Shown here one piece after another: positions 39,060 to 53,479 of a stretch of DNA of 62,030 nt. The DNA lies in assembly GCF_001194135.2 (NCBI RefSeq), contig NC_069005.1, positions 34,348,153-34,410,182 of the forward strand, given 5' to 3'. A model generated the notes under the pieces. That model was not told the origin of the DNA. It was given only the letters and a program-made list of their open reading frames with translations, and ran no database searches. The translations under genes were made by a program, and so were the position numbers. Position 1 is the stretch's first letter; the number at the start of each line of letters is the position of its first letter. The stretch comes from Octopus bimaculoides. Lineage: Eukaryota.

Positions 39060-39890
39060 CAGCAAGATTATCGAGAACATGTAACTCGGAGTACTGGTAT
39101 TAGGAGCGTTGTCACTGTATATATGATCTTTGTGGATTTTAAAATGTCTTTTGAGTCCTCCGTTAGATTTTCAAACTTTCCCGCATACACTGCATTCAAA
39201 GGTGTGCACAGACATATAGGCAGAATAGTTCGTGGACGTTCGTTTTCCATGGGTTCGCAAATGAGATTTGAGCCCAGCAAAAGAAAGGCATGGTCTGTCA
39301 CAAACTGTGCACACAAAAAGGTCATTGTCATTCACCTTCCTTAGATATTTTTTGAGTCTTATGTGCGTTATACTGGCCTCTTCAAATGCTTTCACTCCAC
39401 TCCACACTTTTGTTCGCCATCCAACCCGATCCAAAGCAAGGGCTTCTATGTCTTCTGGATCCATTCCAAGTGACTTCATAGTAGTCCTTATGCCGTCCTT
39501 AAACCTATTTTAAAGGTTTACGCAGATAGCGTTTCCCCTTTGCAAGCTCACCATAAAACAACTGTTTCGGCATTCGTTCATCCGCCATTCGAACAATATG
39601 GTCACACCATCTCATTTGGTTCCTTAAAATCATAGCTTTAATTGAGGTGATGCCTGCAGGTGCAAGAACATCAGTGTTTGGAGTAAAAGAACTCAATTAA
39701 ATCATTAAAATGCGATGAAGGCATTTTGGTGGAATTGTTCTAACAATTTAAAAAGCCTTTCATAACAAGTCCATGTTTCACAAGAATACAATAGGGATGG
39801 TGAGACGAATGATTTGTAAAGAGCCAGCTTTGTATTCCTATTTATATGTCGTTGGCATCAAACGCGTGACTCCAAGCCACCGAGATACAA
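39060..39890 (-). mobile_element. 5'-truncated, degenerate RTE-clade LINE: ORF2 C-terminus with two C2H2 zinc fingers
   Basis: Translates with stops and frameshifts as …TKLALYKSFVSPSLLYSCETWT…QMRWCDHIVRMADERMPKQLFYGEL…RFKD…LALDRVGWRTKVWSGV… then CTVC-x12-HLRTH and CSVC-x12-HFKIH. Confidence 0.88.
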
Positions 39891-40466
39891 ATAATTATTT
39901 AAATGTCAACAAGAACGTCTCGGTTAGGGTTCTTTCAAACAGAAAGCGAGGAATTGTTTCTGTTAATGTTTAAATGGAAAGTTTGCGAAAAGAAGATCTC
40001 TTAATTATTGCGTGGATACTTGGTTGAATTTTGTTTGTATGTGCGTGTGTGTGTGTGAGTGTTTGTGTTTATGAAGTATGTGTATGTTTTAAATAGTCAA
40101 TCTATATCACACACACACATATACATACATCTGTGTATGTATATTTGACTAAGTGTGAGTATATATATATGTGTGTGTGTGTGTGTGTATGCGAATGTAT
40201 ATATATATATATATACGAATATGTGTTGTCCCTTCTATGCGGTATATTGCAAATCACAGCTTCCTATTGTAACTGCTTCCCATGAACATCGCTGTTGCAA
40301 ATTTATACTTATTTATTGAGCACTTTGAGGGGGAAACATGTTACTTTCGGATGAACTGATACATACATGCATACATATATATATATATGTAATATAAATA
40401 ATATATATATATAACTATATATATATATGTATATATATATATATTTACACATGTATGTATCTTTCT

Positions 40467-40510
<44 letters not shown>

Positions 40511-42441
40511 GCTCTCTCTCTCTCTCTACCGATATCTGTGTGTGCATGTGTTATACACACACATACACACACACACTCACACATACATATATACATATAT
40601 ATATACGTACACACACACACACACCTATATGCATATTCACACACACACATATATACATATATATTTTCAGCATACGCATATATACGTCCGCCCCATACCA
40701 GCATGAAAAACGGACGTTAAATGCAGATGCTGACGTTCGTGTGCATGCGCGTGTGCACGTGTGTGTGTGTGTGTGTGCGTTAGTGTGTTCGTGTGTGCGA
40801 GTGTGCGTACGTCTCTGTGTCTCTCATCTCCACTGTGACAATGTGGATATTTCTCTTATTGCTTGCCTCCAACAAATTGCCGTATTGGTAACCATGGTGA
40901 TGGAGGCTAACACACTCAGAGTGTAGTTATGATGGTAGTGGTGGTGACGGCGGTGGTTGGGGGAGGGGTGTTAGTAAATCATGATTGAGGTAGAGGAGGT
41001 AAGGCCTGGTGTGATGGTGGCGGTGGCGGTGGCGGTGGTATAGCCCGTAGTGTCGGTGGTGGTGGTGGCGGTGGTATGATTGCGTTGTTATTTGTGATGA
41101 TAGTCCAGTTGATGGTCTTGGCGGTAGTATCGGCGATAATCGTGCTGGTAGTGGTGGTTGTGGGGCTGATAGTGGTGGTGGTGGTAGTGGTGGTTGTGGG
41201 GCTGATAGTGGTGGTGGTGGTGGTGTCAATGATAGTAATGGAAGTGTTGGCGGTGTTAATGGTATTAGTTTTGATGCCGTGCTGCTGCCGCATGTGCTGA
41301 TGGTATGGGCGGTAGTTCTGCTGATGCAGATGGTGGTGGTGGTGGAGGTTATAGACGTGATATTGGTGGCGTTCATGCTTGGAGCGGTGATGTTGTTCTC
41401 GGTTCATCTCAGGTTGTAAGTGGTGATGCTGGTGTCGGTTCTAAGTGGTGGTATCGGTGGCAGTACAGGTGGTGGTAGTCACAATGGTAGTCTTTATGTT
41501 GTTGATGTTATTAGTACTGTTTGTATAGCGTGGTTTGGTTTTTTTTAATAATTACCATGTTACACACAAATATGGCGAGATTCAATGTTGCAGTTGTTGT
41601 TGGTGCTGTTGTTATGGTCATTGTTGTTGTAATTACTGCTGCAACTGCTGCTGTCGCTGCTTCTGCTGTTGTTGTTGTTTGTTTGTTGTTGGCTGCACAT
41701 TGTTTTATGATCAGTTGTGATTAGTTGTCAAGAAAACAAGCACCTGCTCAGTGTTTCTACAACACATCACCCATCCACCCATCCACCACCACCATCGCTT
41801 CTCCATCCCTGATTATCTTCCATAACTGCCTACCTGCAATATTGATTCAACATCATTACCTTCAGCATCACCACCACCCTCATCCGCACCACCACCACCA
41901 CCACCACCACCACCACCACCATCACCACCATCATCATCAATATCATCATCATCTCCGTTTATTGCCAAGACAAATAATTTCAGGTAATAAATATTGAATG
42001 CTAAATGATGGTGGTGGTGGTGGTGGTGGTGGTGGTGGTGGTAGAGGTGGCGGCGGCGGCGGCGGCGGCGGAGTGATGGTAACGGTGTTGCTATCACAAA
42101 CAAGAAAATGATGGAGAAAAAGAAGTTGATGTTCGTGACAGTTGACATTANNNNNNNNNNNNNNNNNNNNNNNNNNNNNNNNNNNNNNNNNNNNNNNNNN
42201 NNNNNNNNNNNNNNNNNNNNNNNNNNNNNNNNNNNNNNNNNNNNNNNNNNNNNNNNNNNNNNNNNNNNNNNNNNNNNNNNNNNNNNNNNNNNNNNNNNNN
42301 NNNNNNNNNNNNNNNNNNNNNNNNNNNNNNNNNNNNNNNNNNNNNNNNNNNNNNNNNNTACCACTACTACTACTACTACTGCTACTACTACTACTACTAC
42401 TACTACTACCACTACCACTACTACTACTACTACTGCTACTG

Positions 42442-42486
<45 letters not shown>

Positions 42487-42487
42487 T

Positions 42488-42519
<32 letters not shown>

Positions 42520-42892
42520 ATAATAATAATAATAAGCAAACCAGAAGTGTAGATGAGGTCACTTTGAAGTCAGATAACGCTGTGACCCAACCAAAAAGAC
42601 AGGAAACACGTAATGAGGCCGCATAAGACATTGATGCCGAATTTTGACCTCGAAAGGTCACAAACCTTAAGAAGAGGTTTGTCACGTTTCTTACAGTCGC
42701 TTACACGAGTAATTCATGTGAAGTGAATATGTTTCTCATTTAAGTGAAAGTTGAGACAATCATGCCTTTACCGACTAAAGAATCCACACGTTTAAGATTG
42801 TTGTTTCCATAAAGATGGTTCCGTGATGGTTCCTTCCTCACATCACTATGACGGTGTAGTGCAACAAGTTGATTATATTAGGGTTCGGACGA

Positions 42893-43095
42893 GGCTGCGA
42901 ACTGGCAGAATCGTTAGCACGCCAGAAAAAATGCTTAGCGGTATTTCGTCCGTCTTCACGGTCTGAGTTCAAATTCCACCAAGGTCAATTTTGCCTTTCA
43001 TCCGTTTCTAGGTCGAGGAAAATAAGTACCAGTTGATGTAACCGATTTACCCCATCACCTGAAATTACTGGCCTTGTGCCAAAATTTGAAATCAA
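42893..43095 (+). mobile_element. SINE family B
   Basis: gcgaactggcagaatcgttagcacgcc…gagttcaaattcc…aagtaccagttg…ggccttgtgccaaaatttgaaa. Confidence 0.85.
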
Positions 43096-43573
43096 TATTA
43101 GATTAGGAACTGTTTGCTCATTTCTTTGGAATATTGGCCCTAAAGCTATTTCTTTTGCTATCCTTAGGGTTTCGGCTGGTAAAGCTCTGAAAACTCGTGT
43201 CTTCTCTTCCTTTCTCTGTTCTTCTACAATTATTTTCGTTTTTTCTTGTTTTTGCAAAATCTTCTCAGTTTTCCCAAGGCTGTAGCAATTAGGCTTTCTA
43301 CCCTGCATCATTAAATGAAATTCTTTGGCACGACGCTTCCTGTATTGTTTCGGTATGGCTCTATGACTTTCGGGAGTCATTAGGACTTGCCAAGGCCCCT
43401 TGACCACAGGTCACTTTCGTTAAAGCTTGCTTTGACCACTCTCCCGTACTGCAACACAAAAGCCACTACGAGCCTTGAGTCTACCACGTGACCAATATTT
43501 CTTATTATGCCACTCGTGCTTCTTTGACCCGATATCCATCAATCTGCCCATCTATCTTCTCCATTGATCATTA

Positions 43574-43615
<42 letters not shown>

Positions 43616-43724
43616 GCTCTATCAAGGGTGGCCGGAGGCTAAGCAAAAACAACAACAACAACTGATAGCAGAGAAACACTAAAGAAAAGAGCAGCAACCA
43701 CGACAACAACAACAACGACAACGG

Positions 43725-43756
<32 letters not shown>

Positions 43757-43842
43757 GTAACCTCAGAAACACCAAAGCTGACAGCAACAACTACAACAAG
43801 ATCGAGTCATTAGAGCCAAAAAAGACATTAAAAGCTGTTCAG

Positions 43843-43913
<71 letters not shown>

Positions 43914-44573
43914 TTCACTTCAACACAAATATATTACCAAATTTTTGTCACATCAATTCACTAATGATGTTATTTTAAACGCTGTCTGGTCGCTGTAGTT
44001 TACAACACAGATTAGACACCCACCTCATAACACCCAACATATACACACGCAACATATATATATATATACGCACACACTTTATACACACACACAAACGTAT
44101 TAAGCATATAACTTAAACACCCGACTTATAACACACATCTCATAACCCACATCAGACGCACAGCTTTAACATAAAGCATTATTATACTGCTTCCTGGCAA
44201 CCTATATATTTGACAATTACTCTACACAAACATATACACGGTATATGTTTGTGCATGTGACTATGTATGCATGGATATATGTGTTAATACGTGTGTGTAA
44301 ATATATATATATATATANNNNNNNNNNNNNNNNNNNNNNNNNNNNNNNNNNNNNNNNNNNNNNNNNNNNNNNNNNNNNNNNNNNNNNNNNNNNNNNNNNN
44401 NNNNNNNNNNNNNNNNNNNNNNNNNNNNNNNNNNNNNNNNNNNNNNNNNNNNNNNNNNNNNNNNNNNNNNNNNNNNNNNNNNNNNNNNNNNNNNNNNNNN
44501 NNNNNNNNNNNNNNNNNNNNNNNNNNNNNNNNNNNNNNNNNNNNNNNNNNNNNNNNNNNNNNNNNNNNNNNNN

Positions 44574-44618
<45 letters not shown>

Positions 44619-45011
44619 AAAAACGGAACAAGAGCGTAACGGACTACAATGAATACATACGGACAGATGGATGATACAAAGATGGACAGGATAACCAGGA
44701 CGGAACATTCGTAGCTTTCTATTCATCAGTCAAGATTCCAATTATCACTACAGTTTCGGCCTGTTACAATTGAGACTGTTCAAAATTGGTAGGCCTCAAA
44801 AATCTAAGCTAAGGGCATTAAATGTTTGGAAGAAAGTGGGCGAATATGTGCGACAACACGGACAAAAAAAAACGAGAAAACGGAGAAAATGTTACAGGAT
44901 TTCAAATACAAACAACAAGAATAATAACAGGCGTCTTTCGACTAAAAGGACAAGTTAAGTTGGGCTGGCGTGTGAAGTGGAAGCCTTACAGCAACATAGA
45001 TGTAAGTCACG

Positions 45012-45152
45012 GTGGGCTTCTTTCAGTTTTCGTCCACCAAATCCACTCACAAGGCTTTGGTTGGCCCGCGGTGACCAGTGTGCCTCGCAGTGGAACTGAA
45101 CCTGGAACCATATGGCTGAGAAGCAAGCTTCTTACCACACAGCTACGCCTGT
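45012..45152 (-). mobile_element. SINE family A head
   Basis: gggcttctttcagttttcgtccaccaaatccactcacaaggc…aagcaagcttcttaccacacagctacgcc. Confidence 0.82.
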
Positions 45153-46666
45153 GCTTATCTATCTATATATATATATGTACACACACAGACACACATATAT
45201 ATGTGTGTGTGTGTGTGTGTGTCTGTGTCTGTGTATGTGCGTGCGTNNNNNNNNNNNNNNNNNNNNNNNNNNNNNNNNNNNNNNNNNNNNNNNNNNNNNN
45301 NNNNNNNNNNNNNNNNNNNNNNNNNNNNNNNNGTTTGTATGATGGAGGCAATTTGTGTATTTCGGCCGAAGTAGGTTTATGCGGAAGGCCATGCATCAAA
45401 TCTAATGTTTTGGATGATAAAGTCTGCAAATAATATGATTAAAATAAGGTTGTTATATTTTAGTAACATGGAAGGTTAAGAAGGAATTCGCTTAATTTTA
45501 GGAGCTAATACAGAGCGGTTGTTGGCAGCTATGTGGGTTCTAACATAAATGTGTTGATGAAAGGAAAGGTTAAGGTCTATAAGCATGGTAAATGTGGTCT
45601 AAATTAAAATTACTCGCTCTCTGCAGATGAATGAGTATGTGATGAAGCGGTTCTTCAGTCAATATTAAAACTGAGATGTGAAGAAGATTGTGAGTGAATA
45701 AGAACTGGAGAGTTATAATGGAGTTCCAAATGTGTGGAGTGGATTTATAGAAGTAGATGTGAAGATAGAAAGTGGATAGCGAGAGATTATATGAGGGATG
45801 GGGGCAGAAGGAAGTGAGCGATGATAGAAATTAGTTTCGACAAACGTATGGATCTATGAATCTTGCAAAATGGTACTAATATATTAAACACACAGCTACC
45901 ATCGAAGTTAGGGGCTGTTTAAGGCCTTTCTGCTCAGAAAGTTTAGAGAGAGAAAAACAACAGCAATAAACTACACAGAAATACTATGCCTAAGTCTATC
46001 TACACTGCGACAATATGCGATGCCGAGTGCAACTCCGTAATCGTCAGGAGAAACTGCCTCGTTCTCATCTTCAGAAGCAAACTCTGCGACCCACGTAGAG
46101 GGGCAGCAGGTCGAAATGAAAAGAAAATGTTTTGAGGAAAATACTCCCCGTGGATCTCAACTGCTCTTCTGACTTTGAATGCCTTGTAATTCCTATAAAT
46201 AATCGTTGTTAGATAAAAGAAAAAAGAAAAGAAAAAGACAAGCAGGAACATATCGAGGTGAGAATCCATGTTACAATGCTTTTATGTAAAACCAGCGTGA
46301 ATAGCATTTGCAATTCAGAAGGGTCTCACAATGAAATATGTCTGTGGGAATAAATGTGGCAGTCACTTATAAAACCACCACCACCACCACCACCACTACT
46401 ATTCTCCCCCTTCTCTCTCTCTGTCTCTCTTTCTCACCCAGTGTCTCATTTGTATGTATCTGTCACACTCTGTCACACTCTGTCACCCTCTATTCTACTT
46501 TTCCAGAGAGAGAGAGGTAGACAGACAGACGGACAGAATTATCATCGTTTTAATCGACTTCAGCTTTTCTCCCTATCTCAGATCTTGAATGACAGCAGAA
46601 TAGGACACTGGATTGCTATTTCTGAAAACAAATCCCAATGAGATGTCAAGTAATGCTGAAGACGAT

Positions 46667-46749
<83 letters not shown>

Positions 46750-47297
46750 NNNNNNNNNNNNNNNNNNNNNNNNNNNNNNNNNNNNNNNNNNNNNNNNNNN
46801 NNNNNNNNNNNNNNNNNNNNNNNNNNNNNNNNNNNNNNNNNNNNNNNNNNNNNNNNNNNNNNNNNNNNNNNNNNNNNNNNNNNNNNNNNNATATATATAT
46901 ATATATATATATACACGCACACATATGCACGTACACAGATATTCATATAATGATATATGAATAAAATATCATTTCATATTTTCTATTTCTATTTGGTATT
47001 CAGGATACTGCCAGCTATATCAATATTTTATGTTTTTTTGAATTATTATCTGCAGAAGGCGACCGAATTGTTGTTTTACCTGGGTCAGGTTTATCAAAAT
47101 ATCAACTCAACTCAATGAATCCGTTGGTGCTGTTCACAAATATTTGTCACGATTCTTTCAGACAGGTAGTGATATACATTTTTGGCGGATCTAGAAGACC
47201 TCGTGCCACAATTCTTTAATTTAATTCTGTAATTCCTGTTCTTTGTGTAACATTTCCATTTCTATGAAGCCGGAAATGCCAATGGAAACAGACTTAC

Positions 47298-47319
47298 CAT
47301 TCAACTGTAAAATACAGCT
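47298..47319 (-). other. Candidate stop-carrying microexon (7 nt from 47304, or 22 nt from 47319)
   Basis: cctaac branch-like site (47375-47380), pyrimidine run, AG-free stretch, then tcttag|agctgtattttacag|TTGAATG|gtaagtc. Both acceptors put TGA in frame after exon D. Confidence 0.3.
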
Positions 47320-47780
47320 CTAAGACAATGACGCGTCGATTGTCGCAAGAATTCAATATTGTTGCAAAAGAAAAGTTAGGTTACCACAGAAAAATAACAT
47401 CCAGAATCGTCAGTAATTTCACATGAAACTTGAAGATTGGATTAAAGGGACTGGAGAGACAAAATCCTTTGTGGAACTTGCAGGTGATTCTGCCTTCTTT
47501 GTTCATCCATCAACATATTACCATGGGAGGAATAAGAGAAATCTGACGTTTCGTAAAAAAAACACTTCTTCAGGAAGAGATAGAGTAAATGTACGACTTC
47601 TTTCTCTCCTCCCCCTCTCGCTTTCTCTCTCTCACTCTCTCCTTCTCTCCTTCCCCCTTCTATCCCCCTTCTCCATTTCCAGTAAAATCCTTCACTTGTA
47701 GACATACAAGTGAGTCCAGTATCTGAGTTAATTGAATATCATAGAATTTAAAGGTTGTTAAAATCATATTCTTGACTTAC

Positions 47781-47867
47781 CTGTTGATTCCTCCGTGGAG
47801 ATTTAGAATTCCAATTTCACCGAAGAAGTCACCAGAACTCATACTGGTAAGTACAGTTCCTCTGTCA
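47781..47867 (-). CDS. Cngl: CNG channel exon D, phosphate-binding cassette: (S)DRGTVLTSMSSGDFFGEIGILNLHGGIN(R)
   Basis: Acceptor ttttctttctatatattctacag, donor AG|gtaagt, 87 nt (phase 2 to 2). Contains the GDFFGEI motif. Confidence 0.95.
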
Positions 47868-47998
47868 CTGTAGAATATATAGAAAGAAAATTATAAACTT
47901 ATAGATACACAGAGAGACAGACAGACAAGCATACAGACAAGCAGACAGACAGACAGACTGATTGATTGATTGATTGATTAAGACATAGATAGACAGAC

Positions 47999-48036
<38 letters not shown>

Positions 48037-48101
48037 GTTGATTGACAGACTGGTTTATAGATAGATAGGTAGGGAGATAAATAAGCAAACAAAATGACAG
48101 G

Positions 48102-48161
<60 letters not shown>

Positions 48162-48771
48162 NNNNNNNNNNNNNNNNNNNNNNNNNNNNNNNNNNNNNNN
48201 NNNNNNNNNNNNNNNNNNNNNNNNNNNNNNNNNNNNNNNNNNNNNNNNNNNNNNNNNNNNNNNNNNNNNNNNNNNNNNNNNNNNNNNNNNNNNNNNNNNN
48301 NNNNNNNNNNNNNNNNNNNNNNNNNNNNNNNNNNNNNNNNNNNNNNNNNNNNNNNNNNNNNNNNNNNNNNNNNNNNNNNNNNNNNNNNNNNNNNNNNNNN
48401 NNNNNNNNNNNNNNNNNNNNNNNNNNNNNNNNNNNNNNNNNNNNNNNNNNNNNNNNNNNNNNNNNNNNNNNNNNNNNNNNNNNNNNNNNNNNNNNNNNNN
48501 NNNNNNNNNNNNNNNNNNNNNNNNNNNNNNNNNNNNNNNNNNNNNNNNNNNNNNNNNNNNNNNNNNNNNNNNNNNNNNNNNNNNNNNNNNNNNNNNNNNN
48601 NNNNNNNNNNNNNNNNNNNATATGCATCCACAAATTGATGGAAATGGAGACAGGACGTTGTAGACATACGACTGAAAATAGAGAAAACTACATAAATTTT
48701 CACGTGTGTATATACATACAGACAGCTATGTATTTTTGAATATATGTGTATATATGTATGTGTGTGTGTGA

Positions 48772-48827
<56 letters not shown>

Positions 48828-50838
48828 CTGCTTATACGTGTGTGACGTTATTTAGCATTGATTCGGTTAAGTAGCTGGTTATATTTTATGATAAATGTCT
48901 AACAAGATGTAACCGACACCGCTCACTTTGACATTAACATATGATATCAATGATATTGTCATGCCGTGCTATGAAATATCTTCCACTCATTTATTATTAT
49001 TCATTTTCCTTTTTAATACAAGTTTTATGAATCTTCACCAAATAGTAAACGACAAATGATTCTATTGAAAAATGGAATGAAGAATGGAACACCACTTAAA
49101 GGAACATTTTCCGGCCACAAACGAGATATAATTATATTTGTGGTTAGAACGAGTTCCTATTGGTGTAATGCTGACCAGCGCTAATTAATTATAGCGATTT
49201 CTTTGAGAAGCTACAACAGATGACTGCCAAAAGAACAACAACATTAATAATGCCGGCAGCGAATATAGATGACGTCCGTTGTACTTTTGAAGAAGAAGAA
49301 GAAGAAGAAGAAGAAGAAGAAGAAGAAGAAGAAGAAGAAGNNNNNNNNNNNNNNNNNNNNNNNNNNNNNNNNNNNNNNNNNNNNNNNNNNNNNNNNNNNN
49401 NNNNNNNNNNNNNNNNNNNNNNNNNNNNNNNNNNNNNNNNNNNNNNNNNNNNNNNNNNNNNNNNNNNNNNNNNNNNNNNNNNNNNNNNNNNNNNNNNNNN
49501 NNNNNNNNNNNNNNNNNNNNNNNNNNNNNNNNNNNNNNNNNNNNNNNNNNNNNNNNNNNNNNNNNNNNNNNNNNNNNNNNNNNNNNNNNNNNNNNNNNNN
49601 NNNNNNNNNNNNNNNNNNNNNNNNNNNNNNNNNNNNNNNNNNNNNNNNNNNNNNNNNNNNNNNNNNNNNNNNNNNNNNNNNNNNNNNNNNNNNNNNNNNN
49701 NNNNNNNNNNNNNNNNNNNNNNNNNNNNNNNNNNNNNNNNNNNNNNNNNNNNNNNNNNNNNNNNNNNNNNNNNNNNNNNNNNNNNNNNNNNNNNNNNNNN
49801 NNNNNNNNNNNNNNNNNNNNNNNNNNNNNNNNNNNNNNNNNNNNNNNNNNNNNNNNNNNNNNNNNNNNNNNNNNNNNNNNAACGGTGGCAGCATCGCCTT
49901 AATCAATATCTGAAGATTCGACATTACATTTTGATTAAATAAGTCACATTACGTAACTATTAATCGTTTTTTGTTAATGAAACGTACGTACCGAACACCA
50001 TGATGTTAACTGGATGTTTGATTTTTATCACTCTCGGTACATGTCCTTAGACCGTTTAATAAATAAGGGAACTCTTTTATCCCTATCAATTGCCTGGGGG
50101 ATGGTGTGACTTAGTGATGTAAGATGACACTATGACACACTGTCCTTAACAATTATGGTTCTACCGTCGGTAAAAGAGATGCAGGAATACCAGAAAGGAT
50201 TATGGTTAACAAGACAGGAAATGGCCAAGAGGGAGGTTGGTGGGAACCACGTGGTTTGCTGCACCCTAGGGAAGATGGACGAACACGACTCCCCTTTAGT
50301 TATGAAATTGTGATTAGCTAATGTATACATACACATATATCCATATATACTAATACAAACATACTCTCTCTATTTCTCGCTATCCCTCTCAAACATACAC
50401 ACACATATGGTTGTGTGGGGGTGGTATGGGGTTGTTGTGCGGTTGGTGGGTGTGTATGCTGCAACGAGCTGGAATGCCGTGTGCAACTCAAGTAACAACA
50501 GAAACTGCCATAACAGTAACAGCAGCGGAACCAAACATGTGCACGACATAAATTCCCTTTAAATGATATCTTAAAGTGTGTGTGCGTGTGTGTGTGTGTG
50601 TGTGTGCGTATGTGTGTTTTTGTCTGTGTATGTGTGCGTTTGTATACATCTATGCAAACATGTGTATTAAACTTGAAACCGTGCTTTAAATTGCCATAGA
50701 AATCTTTTTTTTTTTTCTACAATAAAAAATATATAATCGCAGATACACATGTTACTTAATCCTAACACACACACACATACATGTCTCTCTCTCTCTCTCT
50801 CTCTCTGTCAGCGAAATGGATGTGTGCCTGTTTGTGTG

Positions 50839-50901
<63 letters not shown>

Positions 50902-51471
50902 GTAGGCAGATAGATAGATAGATAGGTAGGTAGATAGATAAGTGGATGGATAGATAGATAACATGGATACAAAAGAACGTAAATATCGATTGGTTCCTCC
51001 TGCTCACATACCCTCTCTATCTCTCCTATCCCAAAAAGTACAGGACACAAGACCGCCATCACCACCAGCTTAATCACCATCACTCCATCTCATTCTTTAG
51101 CCATAACTCGCTGACATCTACAGAAATAGAAAGGCCTTCCATCTATAGATAGTTAAATAGAATATGGCAACATTTGCCTTCATTTTCTTTTTCTTAAAGA
51201 TTTTTGTGTTTTCTTTCGTTTTTCGCTTCTTTTTCTCTCTCCTCCCATTCTTCCATTGCAGTTGGTTTTCGTTTTTCTTGTTTGTTTGTTTTATTCTTTT
51301 ATCAATTTATTTAGATAACAGCAGCAACAACAACAACAACAACAGCGATAAGAACAAAAGCCGTTGATAAAAAAAAATTGAAACAACAACAGCAAAAACA
51401 TATCGAAAAGAATAAAAGCCAAGGAATGATAAGAACCACAAAAAATGAATCAACTTCAATAAGAGTAACAC

Positions 51472-51612
<141 letters not shown>

Positions 51613-52169
51613 TAATAATAATAATAATAATGATGATGATGATGAGAGTGATGATGATGATATTGATGACGACGACGGCGATGATGATGATGATGATGAC
51701 AGCAACATTAATAGCAACATCAACAATAATATTGTCAAAAAAGAAAAATCAAAATATGGTGCTTCTGTGTGGTTTTCCCTATTCTAGTAATAGCAACCAA
51801 ACCCCTCTCAAGTTATAGATTATAGAGAAAGGAAAGAAGGATACAACAGGTTATATCGTCCTAGAGACACATAAAGGATGGTCACGGCTGGAAGATCCTG
51901 CATGATGGGTTCTTGCAGGATCAAGACCGACCTTAAGTTAAACAACAACAACAACAATGGCAATTGTATAAAGGAATAAAATTTCGACCACAAAAGAAAC
52001 ATTATATTACAGCAACAACAACAAAAACAACAGCAACAGCAACCAGTCGTAATAATAACCACAACAAATATAATAATAAAATCGAGAGAAAAAAACACGG
52101 CCATAAAAATAACAACAGTCTCAAAAATATTTGTGTCAGACGCAGAGAGAGAGAGAGAGAGAGATGGAT

Positions 52170-52216
<47 letters not shown>

Positions 52217-52284
52217 NNNNNNNNNNNNNNNNNNNNNNNNNNNNNNNNNNNNNNNNNNNNNNNNNNNNNNNNNNNNNNNNNNNN

Positions 52285-52323
<39 letters not shown>

Positions 52324-52582
52324 CAGAAATATATATATACACACATACATATACATATGTATGTTTAAATGTTTATTTGTTTCCCTACATCAGCTTCCAT
52401 TGGGCTGATGAGTCCGATGGTTTCCTGTTTATGCAACCCTTGGTTTTAGGAGAAATAAGGTATATACGTTAGTATATTTGTACGTGTGTATGTATGTGTA
52501 TATATATTTGTATATATAGCATACATACATATTATTCACACATTCACTTGTACATGAACAGCAACAACATATATATATATAC

Positions 52583-52623
<41 letters not shown>

Positions 52624-53100
52624 TGCTGAAGTGCACACATACATATTTATATATACATAGACACCTAGATGTGTGTGTGTGTGTGCATGTCTAGAATAAA
52701 CGAATGCATTAAAAACACGATCGTAAACCAAAAGTCACAACAACAACAACAGTAATAATTTAAAAAATTCTGGCAAGAACAACATCAACAACAGTAACAT
52801 AATGCCAAGAATATCGTATGATATTCTGCAATAGTAAGTCACAAAAACCACAATAATAGTAATAAGAGCAGCAAACAGCGCCACCAAACAACAACAGCAG
52901 CAACTACATCAACAGCACGAATAACAACAGCATTAGCAACAACATCAATAGATACCAATTACAAAATAGTTGCAGAAATTGTTTTTTCAGTTCAGTAAAT
53001 ATAGATTTTATAGGCATTGCCTGAGGGAAGAGATATTGTCTGGAAAGAGATTTATGTTGTTATTATTGTTGTTGTTGTTGTTGTTGTTATTATGATTATG

Positions 53101-53139
<39 letters not shown>

Positions 53140-53479
53140 GGGAATCTTTTTCACTGTTATTATTGTTCTTATTGCTGTTTGCCGTGAACAGATGCCTGTA
53201 ACAGATCTCCCAGAGAGAAAAAAAATGAATTTAGCCACGATTTCTTGATTGAATAAAAAAAGTGATTTTTTTTTTCTTTTATTTTATTTTCAGCAAGAAA
53301 GTGTTTTGGAATCTCTGAATGTCCATCCTATTTAAACCTCCACCCGGCTACCCTGGAATAGAGAAAAGTTGGATCATACTGAAACATTTTTATTGCGTGC
53401 ACATATTTCTGCAAACAAGTAATTCAATATGGCCGTGTTTGGGTGGCAGCAACAGTTGCTAACCACGGGGTTGACAACA

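Noticed and set aside
50144-50320. + strand frame containing …STVGKRDAG…, resembling a neuropeptide cleavage site
   Set aside because: No signal peptide, start or splice context; single GKR.
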